This document shows, in pieces, positions 1 through 14,504 of a DNA stretch of 64,000 bases. Both the position numbers and the translations under genes were made by a program. The first letter of the stretch is position 1. The number at the start of each line of letters is the position of its first letter. Where the stretch lies: the NCBI GenBank assembly GCA_051294375.1, contig CM119268.1, positions 18,046,066 through 18,110,065 on the forward strand, written 5' to 3'. The notes under the pieces were generated by a model. That model saw nothing but the letters and a program-made list of their open reading frames with translations, ran no database searches and was not told the DNA's origin. The stretch is from Paraspadella gotoi. Lineage: Eukaryota; Animalia; Chaetognatha.

Positions 1-38
<38 letters not shown>

Positions 39-312
39 TTCTTCTGAACATTTTCCTTTTATCTTCTGTCGGCATTCCCTTCATCGTTCATAAGTCTTTT
101 TATTTTTTTTTATTTTTTTTTGATTTTTTAAAATGTTTATTTCCAATTGTTCCCGATCCATTTATTTTTACTGTTTTTACTCTTTTGTATTATTGCTTTG
201 TTTCGAACAACTTTTTAACACTTTTTTTATTTTTTCAAGGTGAGAATTTCAGACGATCGCGTATGAAGTCGCCAGGGCATCTCTCCTNNNNNNNNNNNNN
301 NNNNNNNNNNNN

Positions 313-348
<36 letters not shown>

Positions 349-1173
349 CCGTAAAATAACCGCAGAATCACAAGAAGAAAATGGGAAAAAATTGCTTGCG
401 ATTGAAAGAGCGAACGAATCACTCGGACAGAAAGAGGAAGAAAAACAAAACAGCATAAAATAAAAGAAAGACAGAAATAAAGACAATGAAGACTGGGTGG
501 ACGGATTGAGAGAAGAAAAACGAGTACATCTGCTCGTGAAAGAAAAATAAAAATAGAAAATAGAAATGAGAAGGAATAGAGGAAATAAAAGATGGCGATT
601 GCCTCGAGTCTCTACTCCGAGACGAACTCAATTCTTGGGCCCGCCACTTTGGGTCAATATTGGGCCTCCTTTTGGTTGAAAGAGAGATGCCTTCCGCTTG
701 AGTCTGCATTGTTTTGGTCATTGTTAGGTCATCGCGAAAATAAAGGGAATTTTGGTTTTGTTCAAACTCCTTCAACAACGTAGGAAGATGATGGATGAAA
801 TTAAAGGAAAATGAATATGAAATTGGTACATCTAAAATATAATAAATCATTTATTCAATGAACAAGCTCGATTTCCCCTGACTATGTATAAGGTTAAGGC
901 TTCCATCCCTGTTACAAGATCATAAAATATAAATAAACATTCTTTCACAGTCTAGTTTATGAACCCTCTTGAATACCTGGGTTCCCTATCAAACAAGTGG
1001 TATGTTTTATGAGCTGGTACAATTGTACCTATAAAAGGCCCATTTAAGTATTACATAGGTCGTAGAATACTGTGTTGTACCACTCTCTTACTCACTCAGT
1101 GACCCAGTAATGATGTATAATCTCCTCCCACTTTACCCTTCTCGTCTCATTCACCTTCTCTTCCCTCTCACAG

Positions 1174-2484
1174 AACAAACGGAATCGTCGCCTTGGAAAC
1201 GGAGGTTCACGTGAGAAACTCGCCTCCTCTGCCGACGACGTCGGTGACGAGTCCGACGCCGCAGTTTTACACGACGGAAACGAGGGCCGTGGAGACGCCC
1301 TCGCTTTGTTACGGGCTGAGGGTAAGGGAAGGGTGAGGCGAGGCTGGGTGAGGTGCGGTGGACGTGTCCTTGCTGGGGATAGGCCAAGCGCAATGAGTGA
1401 AGAAGAGGTTGGGCGGATTGGTTTAAAGTTAAACTTAATTTGGAAAAGGCAATGGAGTGCGTACGAATGAGAGATGGAGGTAAAAATGCGGTCGCTCATG
1501 CCCTGGGTGCCGGCTAGACCCTTACCTTTTAAAATAAAGTTGGCCGTCGCGCGACGGGTCAAATCACCAGTTTGTACTTCGTGGCAACAGGGTGATCTCT
1601 TTTCGACCTTCGTCTCGTTTTTCCCTTTCTAGGAGAATTTCGCTTTCGCGATCAGAACTTCGAATCCTAACCCGTTCATCCACCCAAAGGTAAGTAAATC
1701 GGTAAAAGAGGCAGATGTGGATATAAAGTAGCAGTAGCAATAGCGTTAATTACATAGAGGTAGTTCCATTTTTTTAATAAGTTCAGGAAAAGAAACAACT
1801 TGAAATATTAAAGAGGAAGACAAAAAGAAAAAGTTGGAGAACTCTTTTATTTTCTTCTTCTTCTTTTATTTTCTTCTTCTTTTTTATTTTCTTCTTTTTC
1901 TTTTATTTCTTCTTCTTTTGTTTTTTTTTAATTTTTTCTTTTCTCTTCATTTCTGCCTCCGACAGAAATTTCTTATTAATTTCGAAGGAAGAAGATAGGG
2001 GGAAAAAGGCAGAAAATGAAAAACGAAAAAAAAAANNNNNNNNNNNNNNNNNNNNNNNNNNNNNNNNNNNNNNNNNNNNNNNNNNNNNNNNNNNNNNNNN
2101 NNNNNNNNNNNNNNNNNNNNNNNNNNNNNNNNNNNNNNNNNNNNNNNNNNNNNNNNNNNNNNNNNNNNNNNNNNNNNNNNNNNNNNNNNNNNNNNNNNNN
2201 NNNNNNNNNNNNNNNNNNNNNNNNNNNNNNNNNNNNNNNNNNNNNNNNNNNNNNNNNNNNNNNNNNNNNNNNNNNNNNNNNNNNNNNNNNNNNNNNNNNN
2301 NNNNNNNNNNNNNNNNNNNNNNNNNNNNNNNNNNNNNNNNNNNNNNNNNNNNNNNNTTTTTTTTTCAGGTGAGAATTCAGACGATCGCGATGAAGTCGCC
2401 AGGGGCCCCGATCACAAGATGGAGTCCGTCGGAGCAATTCCGTGAAGTGAGCACGATTGGGCAAAAAGAGATAGAAAGAAAGAG

Positions 2485-2567
<83 letters not shown>

Positions 2568-4524
2568 GAGAAAGAAAGAAAGAGAGAGATAATTAGAAAT
2601 AATTCGATAATTCTTCGATTAGATGAACAAGATTTTTTTATATTCATTCAGTCATTCTTTTTTAAATTAATTCTCTTCACAGCTTCAGACGCACAACAGC
2701 CACAATCAGCGTCGTAGACGAATAGATCATCCTTACATCGTCATCGAAGGTAAGTTTTAAATAAAACGTAAAAAAGCATTATTCAAAAAGTTTATTGAAA
2801 ATCTTAAATTTGATTGTTTAATTTCAAATAGGTTTTTTCATGATTTTAAACATTGAATAAATTTACAAATCTTAACCAAATTAATTAATCTGACCTAAGG
2901 TCAAAATCAAGCGACGGTAAACGTCTCCTTCACTCGAATCCCTTACGATAAAGAAGGCGCCATCTACGTCTTCGGCTTCGACTTCATCGACGAACTCACC
3001 TGGTCAGTTTTTTCTCTTTCATTTGGAAAGTCTTTTTTTTACTGGGGAGTCTTTTATTTTATAATATATATCTGTGTTTTCTTTCTCTTGTTAAACTTGT
3101 TTTCTTTTAATTAGTTGGTAATTTTTCTTCTGCTTGGTTAGTCTTTTTACTTTCAAATAATTTGTACATACAATCTATCGTTCTTTATAGTCGGTTTCCG
3201 AATTTTAACAATTTTAACAGTGAAACAAACTTAAATGAGATTAATATAATAATAATTACTTAACATTAAAACATTCGTCTCCATATCAATCACCTTCTCT
3301 TATCACAGGAGTCAACACATTCACCAAGAATTCTTCGTTTCCGTTCGGGTGACGAGGCTTTGCGCCAGAACGACGACGACCACAACGACGACGACGACGA
3401 CCACAACAACGACGACCACAACGAGCCTCGTCCTTCGTCTTTCGTCGGCACCGAACGAAGGAAGTGAGTGACAAGGGAAAGGAATAGAGGAAGAAAGGAA
3501 GATAAGAAGAATAGAGAGAGAGAGAGAAGAGAGAGAGAAGAGAGAGAGAGAGAGAGAAGAGAGACGAGAGATGAGGGAGGAGAGAGATGGAGAGAGAGGA
3601 GAGGAGAGATGAGAGAGAGCGAAGAGAAGGAAGAAAAAAAAGATACTCGAATACTCGGAGTCGTTCGGTCGCGTCGTAAAATCATGAAGAGAATTCATTC
3701 ATTAAGAAATTCTGAGAACACAAATTCTATAACAAAATAAAAAAATAAGAAAAAATTCGATGCAGCGGTTGATCGGAAGAATAATTTGAGTTAAGGAGTT
3801 ATTTTTTACTTTCATTCTTATGACAAGAGAGTCACTCAGTGAAAGGTGAGTTCTCATATCACAGTCTCAGGTTTACGGTTTTCTAGCTTAAATCTTCTCT
3901 TTTGTGTGAGACTTCTCAGTCGGTTCATTGCCCTACCCTTCGGAACACTCCTTACCTTTTTCCCTCAGCAGGGGAAATGCGCTTCTGACATGAATAAAGT
4001 AGGGATGAAATTTCGGGGCTTTTCATATGAGGGGTGGTGATAGGGTAAGGGATGTTTGGGAGGGCGGGAAGGAGCTGGGCTGATCCCGGTTTAAGCCGAA
4101 GTCGCGAATAATTTGCATTTTTCACTCTGTTTAAAATTTCAAGTTTTTATCTTTTTTTATAAAAAAAAAAAAAAAAAAAGGAAACATGCTTACGATATTC
4201 TGCCAACAGCGGGAAATTTCTCTACTTTTACAAGATATTCAAAATTCTCTTTACAGTTTGTTTTTCTTTTTCTTTATTAATTAACTTTATTCTTTCTGAT
4301 TCCCTTTAGTCTCTCCTCACGGCGGGAAAGTTCAAAGCGACGAATCCAGCGATGAAAATCGCATCAAAACTTCGCATCTGACGCAAAAGTCGAACCAAGG
4401 AATTTCCGACGATTACGTCTACGATTACTACAATTCCGGCGCCGTTGCTCACCGAAATCACGTCAAGACTTTAATGGGAGTGGTCGTCCTCTGCGGTATC
4501 CTAGGAGATTTTCTCGTCTCCTAG
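1174..4524 (+). CDS. 3' portion (7 exons) of an uncharacterised, putatively GPI-anchored cell-surface protein with Thr-rich stalk; 5' end not in view
   Basis: GT-AG exons 1174-1321, 1633-1689, 2369-2446, 2683-2749, 2900-3002, 3309-3463 and 4310-4524 join with compatible phases into one open frame (...TNGIVALETEVHVRNSPPLPTTSVTSP...QATVNVSFTRIPYDKEGAIYVFGFDFIDELTWSQHIHQEFFVSVRVTRLCAR-polyT-...YYNSGAVAHRNHVKTLMGVVVLCGILGDFLVS*). AATAAA at 4532. An extra exon could be hidden in the N gap 2037-2356. Confidence 0.75.
2473..2590. repeat. (GAAA)n microsatellite
   Basis: Tetranucleotide run seen directly, in an intron. Confidence 0.95.
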
Positions 4525-6169
4525 ACGACCGAATAAACAAACGTTCTAAGTTCAGATTTTAAAATTTCATCGTGGAAAATTTAGCGATGACATTCGAAGT
4601 TTTGTTTTGAAGTTTGCATTATTTTTATTACAAGAAAGGTTATGATATTCCGCGCTTTGCCGAAGAAAGTATTCTTTGGTTTAGCTCATCAAATCTCAGA
4701 TCATAGAGCTGTAACATTAAAGTTATGCTCCATTTGTTATTATGTCTGATTTTATTGTTGAAAAATGCTTACCTTAATCTCGTGAAGGATTAAGGTAAAT
4801 GATAACAGACGTTTTAATTGGTGCTACTCTTTGTTTACTCATGGAAGTATTACACCTCTTTTTTTTATATTAATTCATTAATTATTGTTAAGCGTGCAAA
4901 AAAAAGACCTTAAACACTAACACTTTTATGCGTTTTTTTAAATCAAGTAAAAAAGAAACTGGTTACTGGTAAAAATCATGTTTGACTTTTCGCAACAATT
5001 TTTGAACAAAATTAATTTTCTTTTGTTCCAGTCGTCAAACGTAAATTATTTGTGTTTTTCACTGCATCGGTTCTTACGTACAATTTCCTTTGTTCAAAAC
5101 AAAAAAATAAATACAACAAAAAACAAACAAAAATAGACCTTCGTGTTTATCCCAAAGTCTGTTACAATCCTATTCCATTTCTTTACACTTTCTTTTTTTT
5201 TTTGCTCATCGACAAATATTAATTTAATTTTCTCTCTTTTAATTAAAGTCCTATTCTCTCTCTTTCAAAAGTTATGTAGATACGTTTAATCACAATCGAT
5301 AAGCGGCTTAGTTTTAAGTGAAATTTGTTTTTATTGTACATAAAAGTTTGAGTTAATTTTAAATATAATTTTTATTGAAGGTGATAGTGTTTGTTTTGTT
5401 GATGCGAAAAAAAGATTCGGAAAAAAAATCTAAATTCTGTAATAGTAGTAGTTGCGTCAATCTGACGCGTCGAGTCTAGAACAAAACAAAGACAAATAAT
5501 CTACAAGAAATGAAATGATTACTTGGGAAGAAAACATCGACGTCGACAGCGACAACGACGATATTATAGACGACGACGGCGACATTGACGACCTCTGGAG
5601 ACCAGAAGACAAAACAGCCGAAACGACGACGACGAAGACGACGTCGAGGACGGTAGAATAAATGACATCGAAAACGAAGACGACAAAGAAGATGACGAAG
5701 ATGATGACGAGGACAAAAATGATGACGAAGACGACGACTAAAAAAAATATAGAGATAAAGAAAAAGGAGACGTTGATGACAAAGAAGACGACGACGATAA
5801 TAAAGAGCACATTGACAAAGAGGACAAAGATAAAGAAGTCAACGATGACGACGATGACGACGATGACGACGACGCATGACGACGAAGACGACGTATGGAA
5901 TAACTGGAATGATTTTCGTCTCCCACTGCGACGTCGAATGACAGTAGGCGTAACAAAAAACCGCCATCTCCTCTCTCTCTCTCTCCTCTCTCATCTCTCT
6001 CCTTCTCTCTCTCTCTCTCTCCTCTCCTCGTTCTCTCTCTCTCTCTCTCTCACTTTCTTTTATCTTTTCTTATGACAACAGCCGAACGCCATCTCGATTC
6101 GTGAATGACAAAAAACATCTCTTGGTATAATCTCACTCTCTCTCTTACTCTCTCTCTCTCTCTCTACTC

Positions 6170-6213
<44 letters not shown>

Positions 6214-7200
6214 TTCTCTCTCTCTCCTAATCTGAGGTTTGTTACTATAGGCGAGGCAAAGACAAGCGAATCCATATCACGTCCGCCCAGCGATGTTTCA
6301 TAAAACATAGAAAAAAACACCCGATACTGTGATAAAAGCTCTTCTGTGAATATGGAGGTTTTTTCTCTTTAGAGTAGCGATTATTATAAAGACTGAAGAC
6401 AGAAGCGTCGCAGGTATGATTTTTAATTTGATCAGCCTGTATTCTCTGTAAGTGTTTCAAACATGATTTTTAGCTGCCAAAAAAAAATAGAGAAAATGTC
6501 AAGTTCGTCAGTAAAGTAAATTCGAAAAAAAGGTCATTCAACGTGAGAAAGCGCAAAGTAGAAACGAAAGAAAAAGAAGAAGTAAAAAAAAAAGGAAATA
6601 AATAAATATAAAATAAAAGCGGAGGGAATAAAAGTGAGAAAGAGAGAGAGAGAGACAATAGAAAAGAAGGAGAGAAAGGATTTCCATCATCATTAAGCTC
6701 GACAAGGAAATTTGGGAAAGGAGAAGACAAAGTTCGATTTAGCGATAGAAGCCTCGCTATTTCTTTATTTGTTAGAATGATTATTTCTTGCATTTTGTTT
6801 ATTTTTACATTCTCTTCAACATTTTAGAATTGTTTTCTTATTTTCTTGAATATTTGGTTTCGTTTGGTGTTACGTTTTGCAACGTGTTATTATCCTCTGT
6901 GGGCACTATGTGTATAAACTTTCTTTTAAAATTTTCTATAAGCCGAAAGATCCTGGGAAAATGAGTTTAAAGTCAAGTGAATCCATAAAATGTGTTCCAT
7001 ATGCTCTCCATTCAAAGTGTCTCGAGTAAAAAGGTGAAAAGAGTTAAAGAAGAGGAGAGCGAGAGATTGAATAAAAAGAAAGAGTAGAAATTAAAAAGGA
7101 AAAAAAGAAAGAAAAAGAAAGAGAGAAAAAAGAAGCCAATTTGGAGAAACGATTTATTTCTCGTCGCAAGATCACCAACAGGAGAGGCTCCTACGACGCG

Positions 7201-7308
<108 letters not shown>

Positions 7309-7862
7309 TTAGTTGCAAAGAAACATATGTGCTGTTTATTTTTCAATTTGCAGTTATTAGTAGTTGTTTATTTTTTTAACTCACCGCTTTTTACAAACTT
7401 CATAGTCTTACCTAAACTTTTAATTTACTTATTGTAATGTAATTTGTTTTTTGTTTTTTGTTCTCAAACCTTCATGAACATTAATATCGGATTTCATGCC
7501 ACCTCTTGGTCCCTTTCATCGCCCCTACTTCCCGAACACTTTACAAGCGCTCGTTTCCAAGGAAACCAAGCGTCATGGTTGAGGGTGAGTGAATTGAGAG
7601 AGAATAGAGAAAAGCGTTAATAAAGCGTTAATAAACTATTCTTTAACTCGTGTTTGTGAGAGACAATTTAGCCTATGAGCTAAAGACAAATGTTTAATTT
7701 TGGCAAACGAATTTGATTAAAAAAAAATTGAATTTCAAAAAAACTAAGCTGAATTAATAAAAAATATGCCTCGTAAGAAAACCAAGTGAAATTGAGGTAA
7801 GGCTGGTAGAAGGCGAAGGAGCGGCTCCGACGTTCGTGGCATCGCGGGTGGTTTTCCACGGG

Positions 7863-7864
<2 letters not shown>

Positions 7865-7905
<41 letters not shown>

Positions 7906-8345
7906 TTGTTTCGTTTCCATGGGGATCCAACGTTGCTTTTAGATGCCTCATTAGAATTTCAAAGTCCCATGTCGAAAGAGAAGGGACGACGACGACAACG
8001 ACAAAGATGACGACGAAGATGACAACCACCTCCGCTTTAATTATCGTCGGGTAAAAAGATGACACAGAAAAAGTGAGATCATCAAAGATGAAAATTTTCT
8101 TTCAGTTCATTTCGCTCATTCGATATTTTTGTAATGGAATATTAGGAATTTTAGGAATGTTCGAAATGTTAGCAAAGTTTTTATGCCAGAAAAAAAAGGA
8201 ATAAAAAAGACGACGACCGTGAGGACGACGAACAACGACGACGATTCCAATACCCCGACGCCGTAATCATTTACGACAAACTGCATGACAGGAATGACGT
8301 TTTAAAATACGAGGAAGTAACAAAGGCATAAATAACGACAGGGAG

Positions 8346-8396
<51 letters not shown>
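7865..8396. repeat. (GTC)n and (GAC)n trinucleotide microsatellites
   Basis: (GTC)n at ~7865-7903 and (GAC)n at ~8346-8396; degenerate GAC-rich islands also at ~5540-5890, ~56450-56540 and ~63360-63570. Confidence 0.9.
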
Positions 8397-8942
8397 CACG
8401 ATAAGGACGAAAAGGTTTAATTTAGACTAGAAGTGGATGGAACGTCAACGGCTTTGGCGACCGCGGAGACATAAATGAAAACAAAGCAGACAATGATAAT
8501 AACGAAGTCGATAGGAGTTACAACCTTATTTTAAAAGGAAAATGAAGAAAATGCGGAACCATGAGGAAAAACTGTAAGACGAGACATAATTCAGAGTTGA
8601 ATGATTACGAAAACTTACAAAACAAATATAGTAAACAGTAAAATATAATTTGATACAAGCGACAAAGACGTGGAAAGCAATGAGCAAAAAGGAAACAGTT
8701 TACTTCTTTTGAGGACAAAGACGACGACAAGGAAGATGGCCACAAAGGAGAAGACGACGACGACGACGACGACGACGACAACGACGATGTCAGCAAAGAG
8801 GAAGAGCGGCGCCGGTTGAGTTCGTAACTAAACGGAAACGAGAAGACGATTCGCTGGGGGATTATTTTTTTACGTGGAGAGGAGAGAGAGAGAGAGAGAG
8901 AGGGAGAGAGGAGAGAGAGAGAGAGAAAGAGATTGAGAGAAG

Positions 8943-8990
<48 letters not shown>

Positions 8991-9102
8991 GAGAGAGAGA
9001 GAGAGAGAGAGAATAAATTATTACGATTATGAAAAAATTGACTTTTAAGATAGATTCCTCTCTCTCTCTCTCTTCTCTCTTTCTCCTCTCTCTCTCTCTC
9101 TC

Positions 9103-9145
<43 letters not shown>

Positions 9146-9676
9146 TTCTTCCCAGCTTGCTGTGCATCTCTCTCTTGCGAATACTTCTTTAATCTTCCTT
9201 TGCGGTAAACAATTCCTCGAATCAAAATTAAAAGTTTGTTTGTTTTCAATTTTAATCGTTTTTCGTATCCGTTTAGGTTTGTAACACATTCTTTTTAAAT
9301 TGTCAAATTTGAATTGTTTTGTAATGTTTTCATGCAGGTTTTCTGTCTCTTATTCTCTTTACCCAATTTCTCTTTTTCTCGTCCCTCCGGATCTCATTTT
9401 TTCACTTTTTTTTCAGGACGAAAAATTAAAAAAAAAGTAAAAACAAAAGAGAAGAAGAAGGAAGGAAAAAATGGAGAAGTGGAGAGTTTTATCTTGGGAA
9501 TATTTTCGTTTCAAATTAAGCGAAAGAAGACAGGAAAAGGGCAATTAATTCAGAAGCGAAATGAAAGGAACTAAGAAGAACTAAGGAGAACTGAGGAAAA
9601 AATGTCTGAGATCTATATATGTACACCAAAAGGAAAACATGAAAAGAAAAAGAAAAAGAGAGAGAGGAGAGGAGAC

Positions 9677-9707
<31 letters not shown>

Positions 9708-10536
9708 CGAAAGAGAGAGAGTAGATAGAGAGAGAGAGAGAGAGATAGTGCTGCTGTTCTCATTTTCTTTCTCTAATTTTGGTTTCTGTCTTGCGCGTCT
9801 TTCTTTTGTTATTTCCTTCCTTTAAAATTACTATAATTGTTTTTTAACAAAGTTTAAACGTATTTGCTTCATTTTCTCCATAATTGCTCTGCTCTCTATT
9901 ACAAAAAACAAGATTTACGTCCGCCATTTTTAAATATATCAAAGTCTGACGCCGGCGAAGGGTGACGTTTAGAGAAAGATTTCGTCCGTGGCACCGTGGC
10001 ACCGTGGCAGTCAGAGTGGTTTCGAGATTACGAAACAACTTGCAAGAGCTGAAAGGAGAGGGCTGCTCCGGATTTGACGACATTCTGTTCGTCAGGTCGA
10101 CCGACCTCGTCGACGGCAGAAACTGAAAATGAAAATGAAACTGGACTTTGGACAACGATATTGTTAAAAAAGGAAATGAGAGAGAAAGATGGAGCGGGAC
10201 AAAGATCGTAAGGACAAAGAGAATGAAGGAGAAAGAAAACGAAACCTTGGGGATCTTTGTTGATGGAGGCGAAGTCGACCATTGATGGAGGAAATCGGAA
10301 ATTGTCTCATGTTGCAGAATGACGACGCAACCGCGAAAGCCGCAGGCGAAAAAAGAGGCGGTTGGCTACGTAAACAATTTCAAATTCTGAGAAGAGAAAA
10401 CGAAAACCAAAATTGTGGGCGGCGAAAGACAAAAGAACAACAGAGGAACCCATTTTTCTATGACTCCTTGCTAGGGGCGCAAGAGAAAAGAGCAATTTCG
10501 AAAGTTTATTGTTTGTGTAGTTGTTTTTGACGGTGT

Positions 10537-10582
<46 letters not shown>

Positions 10583-11157
10583 TCTCTCTCTCTCTCCAGC
10601 TCTTCTCTCTTTTCTCTCTCTATCTCTCTTTCAAAATGAATATGAATTCAATAAATTTTGGTGAAAAGAGATTTTGCCGCTGTAAAAAGTTTATAGAAAC
10701 AGTTTCGTTAATTCAAGTGTTTACTAAAAGTTTGAGAAAGATTATCAGTGTTCTATAAATATTCTACATTAGCTTTATTTTTATTTTTTGTTTTTATATT
10801 TTTTTTTTTTCAGTAGTTTTAAGCTCACTCGTTTTCTCTAAGTATCCACAAAAACTTGGCACGACCCATAGTGCCATTATTCCCTCGGAAACGACCGCCG
10901 TCCTTTAGGCACGAATCTCTCTCTCTCTCTACTCTCTCATCTCTTCTCTTCTCTCTCTTCTAGTCATATACTCAGCTCTTCCCGGATGCAGCCGTCCACC
11001 GGGCAGCGGCGCGCGGCTGCGACCGACTACGCCTTCTCCTTCCGGGCTCTTCGCTCGGATCAGGGAGATTTTCTCTCTCTCAATGGGTGAGTCGGGCTTC
11101 TTTCCGGTCGAAAGTCCGAAGCGGATCGGGGCCCGGATTTCTCGTCCCTCTCTCTCT

Positions 11158-11205
<48 letters not shown>

Positions 11206-14187
11206 GCTCTTCTCCACCAAAACAACGTCGACAAGTCAAGTCTCACCATTTTTTGGAGGAAAACAGATTTTAGCCGCTTCATTAGGCGCCTAGCAGAAAA
11301 TAATTAGTCATTTCTCACTAGATTAAGGCCAAAACAAACTGCGCGCCCTCGCTTGTCGTAAATCACTTACAATTCAATTGGGGTTTTTATGTACAAATGC
11401 GGTTGAATGACCTTTCCTTTTAAAAAAATTTACATTTGGCCTTTTAGTCAGTTTGTTGCTTCAAATAAAAGCAAATACAATTAAAAACAGTTTTAAAAAA
11501 GAAATTTTGATTGAAGCGTGGACAATTCTGAAAGTTTATAGTTTAAATTCCTAAGTTTCTTGCGAAAACTTTAGCGCTGTTGGACTCATAAACCCAAGAA
11601 AGATGTTTGTTCAAAATCTTGGCCGACCTTGAAGGGGACCAAGTGAAAACAGGGGGGTAAAAAGCTGAAAAACATAAATCTTTGATCCCTTTAACTTTAA
11701 GCTGGTTCTGCATCATATAATTTTTTCTTTTATAATCAATTTGGCGAAAGTAGTTAAAAAAATTCGATAGAAAATCAGCCGGAGCTTTTAATTTTCTATT
11801 TTTAAAAAATTGTGTAGACAAAAATCTTTTTCAAGTTTAAAAATTTTTTTTTTTTTTTCCAAAAAAGGGTAAGATTCTAATTTTAAAAGATTTTCAGCTT
11901 TTTCACAAAAAAATTTATAGAAAAAAACTTAGGATATGAATCAAAATTTAACGGTATCGACTGATTTTTATAAACTTTCTTTTCAAATGATTCTTGTTTA
12001 AATTGAGATGAAAATAAAACTCTTTTGAAGTAATATAAATATAAAGAAGAGAAAGATTCTGTACTTTGCTAAATTTTTAATTGTATAATTTAGGCAATCA
12101 ATATAGTTTAATATATACATTGTAAGGGTAATGAATATGAATATTAATTAATAATTATTACAGTTTTGTTTTCTGTAAAGAATAGAATTTTAGGTTTGAT
12201 TTGTCTGCTTTTAAGTAAATATAAAAAATATAAAAATAATAGTCTTGTAAAGCCTTTGTTCAATTTGAAGCTTAAAAACCTAAAATTATTAGCTTTGCTA
12301 CAGTAAAAATAAAAAATTGGAATTTAGTAAAAAAATACTTTCTAATTGCAAAAATAAAATAATGGATTATATAAAATATTTTAGGTTAGGCGTCAACTAA
12401 ATTTTTTTTTCATAATTATTAAATTTTTGTTTCCGCTACAATAAGAGATTAGGGAATTTTTTTTGCACGTTCCCGTTACAAAGAAAATTAATGGACTATT
12501 CACCATTCAAATTTCCTCTTGATGATAGACCCTTCAACTTTATGATATCATTTTTATCACTGCGGTCCCTTAAGTTTTACGTTCAATATGTGCGTAAGAT
12601 CTTTCCTTTTATTTGTCTTTCACGGCCGCTGGAGACGAATGTTCGTTTTTGTCACCAGGACGGAACTATCAACTTAAGGTTTCAAGAGAAAAGTCGCGAA
12701 TAAAAAATGAGTCTTTATTGAACACGAATTATTTTTCCTAAATACAGAGTTTCTTTCTCAGAGCGAAACATGTTTTTGTGAGATTTCAAGCGAAAACTAA
12801 ACTACGATGGAAAAATCTCTCTGAAAATGAGGCGGGAGACGACTTGCCCGCGAAAATATTGACCATAAAAGAATTGGCAAGATATCTTTAACAATAATTA
12901 ATAAATTTATTTTCACTTATTACCCTTGCAGGCATAGGAAAAATAACAAACCTTTTCTTTACAGTAGCATGACCAATCACAAATACTATTGGGCATGATT
13001 TTATCGGGGAATTTTATAAAAAAAAAAAACCAACTTTTTCCAATATTGCTAAAAATATTATAAACAGAATTGGATAAAAAAAATTTTAGCTCTTAAGACA
13101 AAGTTGGGCTGGACTACGGATTTAATTGAAATATCTGGCTGCCATTTCTAATCAAGATATCAATATTTCATTTTTTGCTACTTTTTAATAGCAGTAGCAG
13201 TGGTAGGGAAAAAAAGGTTAGAGGAGAAAGGAAAAGGATGGACACAGAAAAAATAATGAGCGGTAGAAACGTTGCGAGAAAGGGAGAAAAAGTCAGCAGA
13301 GAAAGAGAAGAAAAAGAGAGAGTTCGAAAAAAAAAGTCGAGAAAGAAAGAAAATAATAAAAGGAGTGAAAAACAAAAGAAAAAAAATTTTATAAGCTATT
13401 AGCGTTGCCATTTTTTTTGCCAAAGCAAGTTAGTATATCTAAAATACGCAACAGATCTTACGAGCAATTTGATGCTCTAAAAGTTGCTCTTTGCCATGGA
13501 AAAAAATATTTTTTAGTTCATCTGAATTAAGGGCCGGATACCGTAAATAAGAATGGATTGTTCATAAAAGAAAATCATGTCTTTACTGTATTTTGAAAAA
13601 CATAGAAATCACCCAGTGAGATCTATGTTATGCAGGAGGAAGCATAAGATATATATAAATAAAGCAGTGTTTCATATTTATCAGAGGAGAAAAAAGAAAT
13701 AATAGTTATTTAAAGTTCCAATTTCATTGTGAAAAATACCCGTATAAAAAATCACTGCCTATCTCAAATACAATTTCTTTTGAAGAAAAAGACTCCCGCG
13801 ATTCCGCGCCGAACCCATGATCGATCCGGACTCGGAGGCAGAGAGAAAAGACTCGGCCAGCCGGTGACGAGGGTAAGAGAGGAGAGAGAGAGTAAGTTTT
13901 GCCGCCTGCAGCTCCGATCGGATCGACTCTGCCGTCGCGCGGATCCGGGAGACAGCAGAGGAAGACAAGAGGAGTAAGAAGAGCGAGCGAAGTAAGTCGA
14001 AGGCGCGGCGGCGAAAGCGCATCTGGCCGCAGCGCGGTCTGCTCCCGGAGGCCTGCGCTGATACGAGGCTTCTGAGTATTAGCCATGCTCTCTCTTCTCT
14101 CTCTCTCTTTTTTTTTTTTTTTTTTTCTCTTCTTCCTTTTCCTCTTTCTACACTCCACTTTTCCAGCTTTTCCCTCTCTCTCTCTCA

Positions 14188-14218
<31 letters not shown>

Positions 14219-14504
14219 TCTCTCTCTTCTCTTCTGTCTTCCATCTCTCTCTCTTCTCTTTCTCTCTTTCTCTCTCAACCCCTTTTTTCAATTCCCTTCA
14301 TTCTCTTCTTCCTTCTTTCCTCTTTCTACACTCCCAACTTCCCAGGCTCTTTTCTCTCTCCTCTCTCTCTCTCCATCTCTCTCTCTCCCTCTATCCCTCA
14401 TACCCATTTCTGCCGTGAGTATTGGCAAAGCCTACATCAGGTCGTAAAAGATTGAGCATCATTTCTTTCCTTAGCGGTTTCCGTCTACCTTTCCCTTCCT
14501 TTTC

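Noticed and set aside
870-1130. Possible LTR end (AATAAA…CA followed by AGTGGT, PBS-like)
   Set aside because: No second LTR, TSD or gag/pol remnant is visible.
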